NCBI GenBank assembly: GCA_964057225.1
Contig: OZ059898.1
Span: 8,556,001 to 8,620,000, forward strand
Length of the DNA stretch: 64,000 bases
Reading direction: 5' to 3'
Source of the DNA: Auanema rhodensis
Lineage: Eukaryota > Animalia > Nematoda
A program made the translations under genes and the position numbers. The notes below the pieces were generated by a model. It made no database searches. It was not told where the DNA came from and saw only the letters and a list, made by a program, of their open reading frames with translations. This document shows, one piece after another, positions 28,215 to 40,800 of this stretch (its first letter is position 1; each line of letters opens with the position of its first letter).

Positions 28215-29782
28215 ATGTCAAATACGTCGTCGCATTGTCTGACGGATCGTCAGATGATGCTGGCCGTCAATGGTCCAGAACGCATATTCATAGGAACAAT
28301 AGTTCCAATTCTCATTATATTTGGAATCAGTGGTAATATATTGAATCTTACAGTACTTGTAGCTCCAAATATGCGTACAAGGTATATCAATAAAACGTTT
28401 TAATCGAATTATAATCTTTATAATATATTTCAGATCAAACCTTTTACTTGCCTCATTAGCTGTTGCTGATATTGTTTTTCTAATATTCATGCTACCTCAC
28501 TCATTAGCTCATTACAAACTTTTTGCCCTTAGGTAAAACTTGAAAAACGTGAAAAAAAAACTTTTGTTTAACTATAATTTACTTTTAGTTATTGGTTTCG
28601 ACGAATATATCTGGAATATAAGATGCATTTACTAGCAGTTCTTAATTGGGCATCAGCTGTCGCTATTTGGTCAGTTATATTATAGAAACAAAACATTGTT
28701 TATCTTTTAATTGCATTTTTTTATATGATTATAATCAATTTTCATAATATATTTGTATAATTGATTAAGTATTACAGGTTGATTCTAGTGATATGTTTAG
28801 AAAGATTAATGGGCATCAAGTACCCATTATCTGTTCGAAAACATAAAAAGGTATACGACATATACTTTCCTTATTTCATTTATATTTTTAATTAAAATAT
28901 TTTTAAAAATATAAATCTTATTTTAAATTTATTTATCAGATTTTAACACCTCCTGTCATTGTATCAACTATTGTTATAACAACTGGAATATTAACATCAT
29001 ATAATCATTTCACATATTATTGTGCAACACGTCATTTCTGTGATGGAACTCAGTTTCATGCTATGTGTATTAAGACAGACTCAGAAAAGTATGTTTTATT
29101 CTATATTTATATATAAATATATTTTATTTCAGATGGTTTCGTAACCAAACTAATCCAAATTCTGCATTAGTTCGAGGTATAGCTCATTGGGGTCCACACG
29201 TTAATGCAATTCTTGGCGTCTTTGTTCCAATTGTACTTGTTCTTATATCAAATGCTATGCTTATATATACATTACGACAAAGGTATGATCAAACTTCAAA
29301 TAATCAAAATATTAATTTTGTTTTGAAGGCAAAAGCTATTTCTAATGCAACAACCATCTATTAAATCTGAATCACATCTGAATGGTGGACAATCACGAAC
29401 AGAACATAAGGTTAAGGAACTATTTAAGGATCTATATATTAATTATATTAATTATAGATAACTATAACAGTTACAGCTATTGTAACATGTTTTATTATAA
29501 CACAAGGACCATCAGCATTAATTACGGTTATGGCTCAATATTATACAAATACAAGTCAATGGATGATTGCAATGGTATATTATATTTATTATAATTATAA
29601 TTATTTTATTTTAATTAAAGACTTCACTAATTACAACAACTGTTGTACTTGGTAAAGCATTAAATTTTGTGCTTTTCTGTTTATCATCTGCTACATTTCG
29701 TGCTCGTCTCATGAAACAAACGAAGAAAAGCTTATTACGAAGAACGACAAGGTATGCCACCGTTGCTGCAAATGCAGACTAA
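28215..29782 (+). CDS. Class A peptide-type GPCR (FMRFamide/sex-peptide receptor-like; resembles C. elegans AH9.1 from memory), short isoform
   Basis: TM1 GISGNILNLTVL, TM2 LASLAVADIVFL, TM3 ICLERLMGIKYPL, TM5 FVPIVLVLISN, TM6 AIVTCFIITQGP, TM7 KALNFVLFCLSSATFR; multi-exon; stop TAA 29780-29782. Confidence 0.9.
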
Positions 29783-30448
29783 GATGACGTCAACGTCTTG
29801 ATCGCATCGCATGCCTTTCCCAAACTATAGTTTTTACTCCTATAATCTATTTTTTCAATTTCAATTAGTTGATATGATGTTTTCCAATACTTGCAGATGG
29901 TTATGTCACTTCTCTCTCTCTCTCTCTCTCACTCTCTCTCTCTCTCTCGCTCTCTTTCTCCTTTTTCTATAGTACCTTTTTTCCTTTTATACATCTACGT
30001 GTTTGGATGTTTTTATTTCAAATCACTTAGCTTTTTATTTTATTTTTCTTGCATTAGAAACATAGATTAATTTAGTTTTACTTAGTACTGTAATCATCAA
30101 AGAAAATACTGGGTCCCTCATACGTTATATGTATGTTTGTATGTCAACATTTGATTATTTGTTTCAATGTTTCCTCAAATCATTCCTTTTTCTGTTTATA
30201 TTCACCACAAAATTATTTTATTCAATTGAATTCAAAACTTACCTCTGTTTTGGCTCAGATGTGATGATGTGCCATGTTATATGTGTCTTCAGTTGTTTGA
30301 GTGTGTATCGTGTTATGTGTGCATATATATGATGATCGGCTTCAAAAATCATATTTTAACCTCTTATTTCATTCTTTATAACCACCTTCTTCTGATTCTA
30401 TTTCACTTTTATTAATAAGAATTAGATGTTTATAACAATCCTAATTCT

Positions 30449-30455
<7 letters not shown>

Positions 30456-30506
<51 letters not shown>
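30456..30506. repeat. (CT)n microsatellite; similar CT/AG tracts near 20840-20900, 22478-22500, 26751-26776, 27740-27781, 29910-29960
   Basis: Dinucleotide runs are directly visible. Confidence 0.95.
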
Positions 30507-30512
<6 letters not shown>

Positions 30513-30760
30513 GCCCCATTCCTCTAGCTTGCTATCGCTTTCTTCTCACCCCTCCAGATTTATAAGTAATAACTTAGCTTCTCCTAACAACGGCTTCTCT
30601 TTGATTTGCCTTGCATATAGTTTGCTGATTTAGTAGTTTCTGGCTGACAGCTTTCAGCTTTTAACGCCCTATTTAACCCTATCCCCTTGTAGTGTAATGC
30701 TCCTTAACCTCACAAGATTGTTGATATTTGGTCAGCATCAGCTTTTTTTAGCTCGTTTAG

Positions 30761-30989
30761 ACATTCGTCTGTACCAACTGCAACTACAACAATCGTCGAG
30801 CTACCACTGGCTGGCGCTTGCGCTCGTGTCGACCGTATTCGTCGGCACCGTAGCCTTAGCCGTGAGACTACTTCAGCGTCCGAGCGTCTGATCAAGAAGC
30901 GCGACTTCTTCATGGGATGGTCACAGGGTACACAAGCTGAAGATGGCATAGCCTTAGAACCTGTACGTCGTGGTACAAGCGTCGTTTGA
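30761..30989 (+). CDS. Alternative terminal exon of the GPCR (long C-tail ending GTSVV)
   Basis: Donor AAG|GTATG at 29751/29752 joins acceptor TTTAG|A at 30760/30761 in frame: R-HSSVPTATTTIVELPLAG...EPVRRGTSVV*. The exon is a GC-richer island in AT-rich DNA. Confidence 0.72.
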
Positions 30990-31847
30990 AATCAAACGAT
31001 AGGCATTCTACCAAAGAACCCTGAATCGTAATCATAAAACAGAAATCTTCTTGTCAATCTCCCATTCATCTCTTTGCAAAAATGGTTTTAAAACTCAATT
31101 CTTAATGAAATTGTGTTGAACTTTGTCCTGTTTGCCTAACCTATGGATGCTTTTATGTGAAGTTTTATATTTACGATTTGCATTGCGTCTAACAAGTCGT
31201 TTGTTAAGAAATACGTTTTTTTGCCATCCAAATGAGTCTAACCGATATCCAGAACGGGCTCGCATACTATTCTCTTCAATATCTAATCTTCCTGTTTTTC
31301 TCTCTCTGTCTCTCTGTTACTCTCTCTTTCTCTGTAAATTTTATTTAATTATCTAATAGTTTCACTAAATTATTCACTCAGACTCACAAGAATCACTATC
31401 CCTGTAATTATCACTCACACACGAGAATCACAATAATTTTGGTTTTTTTAAGTTTTGAACAATATTTCTTTTATATCATTTTCATATATATTTCAATATA
31501 TAAGCCATAACCCTATATTATTCCAAGATCTTGCTGACTTCTTGAAATCTTAAAGTTTTTTAAAATATGAATATCATAAACATTCCAATTTCCACCCAAT
31601 CATGTAGCTTGTCAGCATCTTTGTCCTGATCTCTAATTTTTGAAATTTCTCCTATTGTTTGCATGAAAAATCATTCATAATTCGGGTTCCTTATATGATT
31701 CATTTGTGAGATTAAAGTATCTTTTCTGTTTGTTTTTGTACATTTTGTATTATGTTTGTATTTTTAAAAAAAAATGTTTTTTCTTTTACTTCAACATAAA
31801 GAAAAAATAAATTTTTCTTTTATAACTTTTTTCTATTTTTTATAATA

Positions 31848-34800
31848 TTAATTCATCCATGTTTTAATATATGTTCCACGAAGTTTCCAATGTAATTGTG
31901 GATAATTGGTTCGGATCTTGACCAAACCAAGAGTATTGCCATCTTTGGTTAATACTGGTAAACTCTTAAATTCAGATTTCAATTAATGATAACAACAACA
32001 ATCAGCTTAAAAACCTTAGGATGTTGCTCTGGAACTAACATATCCATCTTGACTGCTCGTATACATATCGAAACATCAGTTTCCCATTCATCTTTCCAAT
32101 GTTCCTATATAATTTATATATAATATAATAAAAATATTTGTCAACAATAATCAATAAAAATGAATTTCATGCTTTTCAGAAATCAAAGAATCCAGACTGA
32201 GTTTTTTTTTAAAATAGGAAATGAAGTTCTCATGTTTGAGATATGGTTATTGTAATTTACCTTAAGTTCCCCATTTTCAATTCTACCACCACACAAACGA
32301 CAATTTGTAAGTTCTAAATGTTTATTAGATGTTCGATTATGTGCATCCATCAATGGCATCCATGTATGTAGTTCAACCTTCATAATAATTTTTATTTTAA
32401 AATAATTTGAAAACAATCATCATACCTCGCTTAAAGGTAATTTCTGTGATACAGCAAATTGTGCTCGAACCTTACCTAATAGAAGATTCGGTTGTCGAAT
32501 ATATTGAACATTAACTGAATCAATAACCGATGATTTAAGAATTGAAGCCAAATAATTAATTCTTAAATAATATCAATTTGTTTAAGAAAACTAAATTCAA
32601 ATCTTACTTATCATGTTCTTGAAACTGAACAGCTTGATGAAGTTCAAGTATTAAAGCATTTCGAACATTGAATTCTGTACAATCTAATGCAAAATCATTA
32701 ATATCTTCCTTAAATAATTCTAAATATTTCAATGGTGTCGGTAGACGTTCAATTGATATTTTAAAATCTTTTTCAATGTTCAGAAGAAACTTGGCTGATA
32801 ACCATATCTGAAAACATTGAACATTAATTCCTTTTATATAAAAATTCTTTAAACATCTGTTTTTTCTTTTCCAGCTTTTACTTCTAAATATTGTGAGCAA
32901 TAACCAGTTAGAAGTTTATCATTTGTTTGTTGTAACTTCAATATGATTGATTCCTAAATTTAAAGAAAAAATATATTTCTATGATTTATCTTCTTTACTG
33001 GAGTCCATTGATTTCCTATAATTCGGGCAAGTGTAGCATCATCTGATTTTCCTATTTTCTTTAATTATATTAATTAATAAATATATTTTAAAAACTAAAA
33101 TATAACCTCAAATATCCAAAGAAAAATTGTTTCAAGAACCATTTGATCATGTTGTTTTGATAATTTTGAAGAATATAGTGGCTTAATAATTCCTTCTAAT
33201 AAACGATCACTTCGAAATTCTTCATCTGTTTCATTGGACGATAGATATTCCTTAAAATATTTCTAAAAAGAAAGTAAATTTCCCGTCAATTACATGAAAT
33301 AGTTTAAGAATTAAATATAAATCCTGAATTTGAAAGATAGTTTGCCATCGTTGATATACCGAATAATGAAATATTATTAATTGAAGAAACCTCTTTTGAT
33401 TTCCATTCTGAATTTTATAATTTTTCAAATTCTATTATCTTTTCAATTTTTAAGAACTTACAGTATATCGTTCAAATGCTTGTTTATAACTGTTTTGCTC
33501 CAAAACTATTTGTATAATTGATTCCAAATTCGGTAAATCAGATAAACACATTCTCTGACCATAACGACATGCTATCTTTGTAGCTTTCTTTATGTCTTGT
33601 ACAACATAAAGTAAACGAAATTCAGGATCAACAGATGTACTGTTTATAAGCTTAAATATTTTAATTTATATTATATTTTAAATTAATTAACCTCCATTTC
33701 AATTTGAGCTATTTCTGCTTTTTCTAACTCAGTCCATGAAGTAAATAAAACTATCCATTCAGATTTTAATGCTGATTTTCGAATAATTCTAGACTTTACT
33801 TATTACTAAAAATATTCTCAAAAACTTACTCTGAAGTTCGTTTCAAAACTGATAAATAGCGAACTTCAAATCCTTTTGATATTTCCGGTATGTGCTTTGT
33901 TAAATCAATTGCTCCCGGTTGAACAACTATAAGAAGAGGTTTTCTATAAAATGCTTTAGAATAAACAAATTTTCATTAAAATTACCAACCTTGAATCAGC
34001 ACGAGCTATAAAGCTAGTAAGATTTGACAAATCATTAAATTTATTTGAAGGATGAAAATCTGTAGCACTTAATGGCACATAACTGAAAATTTTATACAAT
34101 TTTTGTAATATTATTAATAAAATTAAACTATACATTCCCAAAAATAATCGTTTTTCAATAATATAATCTAATATTATTTGATGATCACGATGTAATAGCT
34201 TCTTCAACATATTGTTAAACATATTTGATAATTTATTTATTATATCATCAAAATCAATATTTAATTCATTATAATCAAATAATTCCTATAATTTTTAAGT
34301 TATATTATATAATATAAATAATATTCTCTTACCACATCAGTCATTTCAATTAAATTGTATATGGGAATTGTATAAAATATATTTAAGAATCCTAAACGTT
34401 CTGAGAGTAAAACCAGATTTGTTGCCCAATCCGTAATTTTTGAAAAACGATGTCTGATTGCATCAAGTTGTTCTTTATTCTAAAAAAAACATATTTATCT
34501 TCATATATTTGAAGATTTTACAGTTTGTAGCTCCAGCTTTAACTGATTAAGGTGATTTTGAATTTCATATGTTTTACTTAAAAGTTCCATAGCATTTTCG
34601 TCATCAATATCATCTTTTTTACCCAAAGCATCCATCATATTGATTTCCATTTCTAAATTCGTAGAGTAATTTTGATAAAAAGTATTGTGAGGAATCATAA
34701 ACATACCATCTAGATATTTTTCATTTTTTTTTATTTGTTCTTCAATTGATAGATATTCAGTTTGATAAGCTGACCAATTTCGTCTTCCAATTGCAAATGA

Positions 34801-37800
34801 TACTTTCTGACGAATATCGTTATAACTAAAATTATTTATTTGTTTATTTGTTTATTTGTTTATTATTATTATTAATTATAACCTTAATTTCATATTTATT
34901 GTAGCAATTCTTTTCCTGGTTATACTATCTTTTTCTATATTGTATGGATAACTTATAATAAGACGATAGCCAGTTCCTACAGTAACTACGACATCATTAT
35001 TTAGTATAGCTAACTGTGAAAGTAATACAAATAATTAAATTTTTATAAATTAAATTACTTACTTTATCATTATCTTTTATAAAAAAAGAAATTGAAGGTA
35101 TTTGTGATAAATCATCAACTTCAAGGAATAATGGTACACCTATCATAGCAGCTTTTTGAAAATATTTGTTAAAATCATTGTAGTTTGTACAAGTTATATA
35201 AGTGTAATGTAAATTTTTCAATAATTCTATTCCGCTATCTATAAAGTAAATTTTATTTTTTAAAGAATAAATAGTAAAAATTACTTGAATCATTATATAG
35301 TAGCATTGGCTCAAGATATGAACTCAATAAAGTATAATTATCAATTGGAGTTATATCAGATTTTGTTGGAAATAATTGCTTTTCTAATTCATTCGTTTTT
35401 TCCTTAAAAAATTAAAAAAAATTTAATATAACTATAAAATGTTAAGTTTGTGTCAGAATAACTAGAATAACGAGTTTAGAAGTTGAACTTTTCATTAAAA
35501 AAAGTTTTGAATCTAAATCTAAATTATTTTTCCGGAATGGAATAAGATATTTAATCCTTGAAAAAATTGAGTTGATTCGTTTCATGCTTAAGGTAACCAA
35601 GTGCAATAATGACCTTTCTATTTATTTAATCTTTTAAATTTCTTAGTAACCAAGATTCTATTTTTCATTTAGGTGATGCCACGTATGAAAGGAGCTAAAA
35701 ATCTTTGTTAGGATGTTCAAAAAATAATAGTGAACGGGGTATCCAGCTTCTCTTCGATGGGTTTGACCCATCGTCAACTTTCTCGTCAATTCAACATCAG
35801 TAGAAGAGCTGCAACCAACATGCTGATAAGATGGGAGTAAACGAAATGTTCGTTAACCCAAAACCCTAATTTTTGAGGAAATAGAGGATTTTAACTGTGT
35901 GGCAATCAGTAAAAGATTAAGGTAAGCTGTCTTCCAATTTTTTCAAAGCTATAATATTAGGTGGTTGCATTGTTCCCCTGCCCCCCTTGAGAAAAATTAA
36001 ATATTATGCTAATTTTACAAAATTTAAAAAAAAATAAATACAAAATTTAAAAATTTGAATATTTTTAAATATAATAACAATAAAAAAATTTTAAATTTTA
36101 AAACTTTACATTTGAAAAAACTATTTTTTCTTTGAACGTTTTTTTGTTTCTCATTTTCGTTATGGATTTTGCACTTATGCGCTACACCCTTCTTCATCAT
36201 TTTAATGAAGGAATCTCTGACAAAGAAACCTTCAGAAAAATGAAAGTTGTTTACGGAGATTCTTCTCCATCGTATACAACATGTAAGAAGTGGTTTAGCC
36301 GCTTTAGAGCTGGCCAGTTCGATCTCCAAGATTGTCCAAGACCCGGCGCTGCTGAAAAATTCAGCAACTGTGACCTTCAAAAGGTTCTCGATTGTACTCC
36401 TGGAGCTACACAACTCCAAATCGGGAAACACCCCCCTTACTCTCCAGACCTTGCTCCAACAGATTTCCATCTGTTTAGGTCTATGGAACACAGTTTGAGG
36501 GGTGAAAATTTCAAAAACTTTGAGGAAGGCAGGGGAACAATGCAACCACCTAATATTTTATCAGAAGAAAAAATGTGCTGCACTGAAAATATGAAATTTA
36601 TGATGAGTGAAAGAGCTCGATTTCGTTGTAGAAGATGTAAAAAAGAAAAATCGCTCAAATCCTCAACATTTTTAGAAGGTTATTGTTATAAAAAGACATA
36701 TTATGATAAAAGAAATTAATTTAGGGAGCAAACTAAAATACAGCACTAGAATCTCCATCGGCAGACTTCACGATCTAGGATATCGTGCATGTGATATTTC
36801 AAAGCAGCTAAAGCTCAACCGAAGAACAGTTGAGAAAATAATCAAGCAATATCAAGAAAGAAGAAGTGTTGAACCTCTCAAAAAAATAGGAAGACCGCGG
36901 ACAACCAATGTTCCGAAGATGAGGAAAGTAATCAAGTAGAGGATCCAAAGAAACAATGAACTCAGTCTCAATAAACTGAGTTCGAGCCTAAATATTTCAA
37001 GAAGGAGCCTTCAGAGGATCGTCAAGAAGGAACTGGAGCTTTGTAGTTATCGTATAACTTGCTCACACCAATTGACTGTGAGGGCCATGAAGAATAGACT
37101 GATAAAATCCAAGAAACGGCTTCAGGAGATTACTGAGTGCCGCTTAATGAACGTGCTGTGGACAGATGAAAAGATCTTCACTGTTGAACGGTGTAAAAAT
37201 TCACAAAATCACCGGCAACTTTTAAAGAAAGATCAGAAGAAGAGAGGAGAATTTAAAATAGTTGGAAAAAAACTATTCAGGTCTTCTGTGATAGTTTGGG
37301 CATGTGTGAAGGTCGAATGTGTGCCTCGGATTATCAGGATATCTTGCGAGAATGCTTTCTTCCCTATGCTATTTCCAAGTTTTGGACAAGAAATAGGTTT
37401 ATTCAGCAGCAAGATAATGATCCCAAGCACACGGCACGTTCAACAATTAGCCCAACTTGAACCCCATTGAACATCTATAGTGAGAACTGGGCCGGAAAGC
37501 TGCTGGATTTCAATATTCTACTTATTTTAGAGCATCACGAATACCCTGGAAAGAAATATGGCCGGTTCTTCTTCAGAATCTCATTTTATCTATGCTTCGA
37601 TAGCTCCAAGCTGTTATTGATAACTTCGGTTATCCAACTAAATACTAATAAAGTTTTTTTTAATATTTTAGATGTTCTTATTCATAAGTTTCATAAGTAA
37701 AGAAAAAGTGTTTTTTTATTGTAGTTTGTTTTCATTTACTTACAGGGCTTACAAAATCTTGTCTGAGGTTTTTTGCACATCACTGTATTTATTGACACAC

Positions 37801-40800
37801 CTAATATTAGCGTTTTCACCCAAGAGACGACTCAGATAAGAATCGAATAGACTATCGTTACACAGCAAGTTAACGGATTTTCACAAAAAGCCCATAAGCC
37901 CAGTTGATATGGTTTTCAAAAACAATTAGTCAAAGGTTTGAAAAATGTACAAACTGAAATATTATTGTAAAACTTAAGAACTCACAACTTTCTCTTCGAA
38001 AGTAAGAAATGAAAAGACTTCGATAGCTATTGCTTGCATAAGACATGTCTGGGGCAGTCGGTAACGTTCGGATTCAATTGTTTCTATTTTATTTAGCCAA
38101 ATATTTCGCTCACCATCTATAAATATTGCAATTTTTATATAAAACTTCAAAAAAATCTTTGTAAAAACCTAAAGCAGAAACAAGACGTTCAGCCCGTTCA
38201 ATGCGAACTTCACAATTACTTATTTTTAGTTGTAATTCTTGTTTTTTCTGACTTAATTGACTGAATTGGTCAGAAAGTGATTGCAATTTCTCAGTTACTT
38301 TCTAAATAATTATAGTACCAAGTATATAAAGAAAGATTTAAACATACTTGAAGGGCTTTACGCTTCGATTCTAACTCTTTCATATGCTGTTTCACGAGCA
38401 CTTCAGCTTTTCGCAATTTTTCTTTTTTAGGTTCAACTATTTTTGATATTCGATGATACATCTCAATAGCATTTATCCAGAGACTTAAACCTTCTGCAGC
38501 CAATGAACACTGGAATTACAACTTTGATATTTTCATTTTCAAGTTATACTTACTTGTTTAACCACTTCAGGATCAAATTCTTCTTTTGTTAAATAATTGT
38601 TTCGTAAAATTTTCATTGTTTTATTTGGAATCTATATTATGCAAAATATAAAATTACTTCAAAAGCTTAAACGCTTTGAACCTTATCTCTTGGAAAATTA
38701 CGAATTCTTCGTAAGAAATGTAAATCAGACAGTAATTTTTGTCCTTTAATCCAATAATCATATCTTGTTCCTCCTAACTATATTTTACTAGTTAAGGTAC
38801 AGCTTTCAATATAATCTTACCGGATCTTTTACCTTTACTGGAGCTTCACCAAGTAAAATACAAACAGCTTCCATACAGAGACGAACACCATATGGAGGAA
38901 ATCTTAAATAGAAACTCACTCAAACTCAACAAGATTGATTATGTTATACCTCATGGTCTTTAATGCTGATATATCATTTTGATTCAATGTTTCTAATGAC
39001 TCTATGGCTGCTTCAAGGGCTGGAATAGCATCAGCAAGATCAGCTTCTGATTCTGCCTACAATTAATTAATAGTACTTGAGCAGTGTAATCAAAAATCAA
39101 CTTTTAAGGCTTGAGCTTTTGTAGCAGCCTGATTTGCTTTGCTTTCGTTAGCTGCCACTACTTCACGAGTATTTTCGACTTCTATAGTCTCTCTTTCGAT
39201 TTGGCTCATAAGAGTTCTGAAATGTATAAAATTCGGTATTATGTTTCGCATGTTCTTAATCATAAAACCCTGTTTGATTGGAAGTTCTAACCAACTCAGG
39301 CTGCAAGTGTAGTAACTCAGCTCGAAGAGATGCTGTTTGTGATTCAGCCATTCTCATTTTTTCCAAACCGTTCAAATATCTATATTTCTATTATAAATAG
39401 AAAAACAAATAAATAATTATTTAAACCTAGCCATTGATTTATCTATCATTTCCTTTTTCTTTTGTGATAAACAAATTAAAGTTTTAGTTAATGCTATAAT
39501 ATTTAAATCAGAAAACTTGGATTTCATTTCAATGATCTTTTCTTCCAATAATGCTACCTAAAATTGAAAATTGAAAATATTTAATACATAATATTAGAAC
39601 AGTTTTCTTGACATACCTCATCATCAGCTAAAAATCCTGTACTTTTCATTAAATTCTTGGCTACTATAATTTCAGCTTCAATAGAAAGGGTATCCAGAGA
39701 AGTTACAAAAATATTTTCGATGATCTGTAAAATATTAAAAATATTTTCAAGTTTTAAATTATAAAGTTTTATCACTTCAGAGTATTTATCACGTAATTCG
39801 AGGTATTGTGTTTTGGTTACAATCAAACAAAGTTGCAAACGATGTCTTAAGTTTCTTTCTAATAAATTCCAAGCTATAAGTATATTTTGTTATTAATAAA
39901 AATATAATATAAGAAAGGTTACGGTAATGAAGTTCAGATTTGGGTGAAGAATGAAAATCGGACAAAGCTATATCCATCATATAATGAACTGGACAACCCT
40001 TTTGTATAGACCATGTATATACATCAGCCATAACATCTTCAATCTTTTCTATGTTCATAGGCTTTAGATCAACACAGAAAACACTTTTGTTGTGACTATC
40101 TTCAGATGATTCATCTAACAAAGCTAATTCACGTAATTGCTAAATAAAATAAATTAATTTATAATAAGAATAATTAAATTTGTATACTTGTTGAACAAAA
40201 TCTTGCCAATTATCCAAATATACATTTTCAGATGATTTATAGTCTTCACTATATGCAATAAATCGTTGATGATTCAGATAGCATATCATTGGTAACCAAG
40301 ATGTTATAAGATATTCTAAATTCAGATGCTCCTTTTCATCAAGGACTATCATAACATGTTGAGATGCTGCTAGTCCTTTTTCTATAATACAAAGTAATCG
40401 AGCTATTGGTGGAGATAAAGGTATCCGATTATCAGGAATTTCTCCAATTTCTTCATATAAAACCTCCAAGGTACTAAATCACAATAAATCAGTCAATATA
40501 TTTAGAGTAATAAATCATTTTACTTGTTATAATAAGCAATTAGATGATCATTTGCCATTAGAGTTCCTGAACGAACTGATAAAATTTCATCTTCTTGTTC
40601 ATTTTCACTACCAATCTTCTTCGAAACTCTTAAAATAAAAAATTATTTTTAAAACTTACTTATTCACACCTCTCATCATAATCTAACTTAAATACATTTT
40701 TTCGATTTCGTTTAAATTCCTTTTCAATGATATCATGTAAATCTTGGATATTTAACATATTTTTTGTATAAGCGAGTATTTTTTCTTCACATGATTCATC

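Noticed and set aside
30697-30949. The two ORF-track ORFs over this GC-rich island
   Set aside because: A different plus-strand frame splices in phase to the GPCR and explains the island better.
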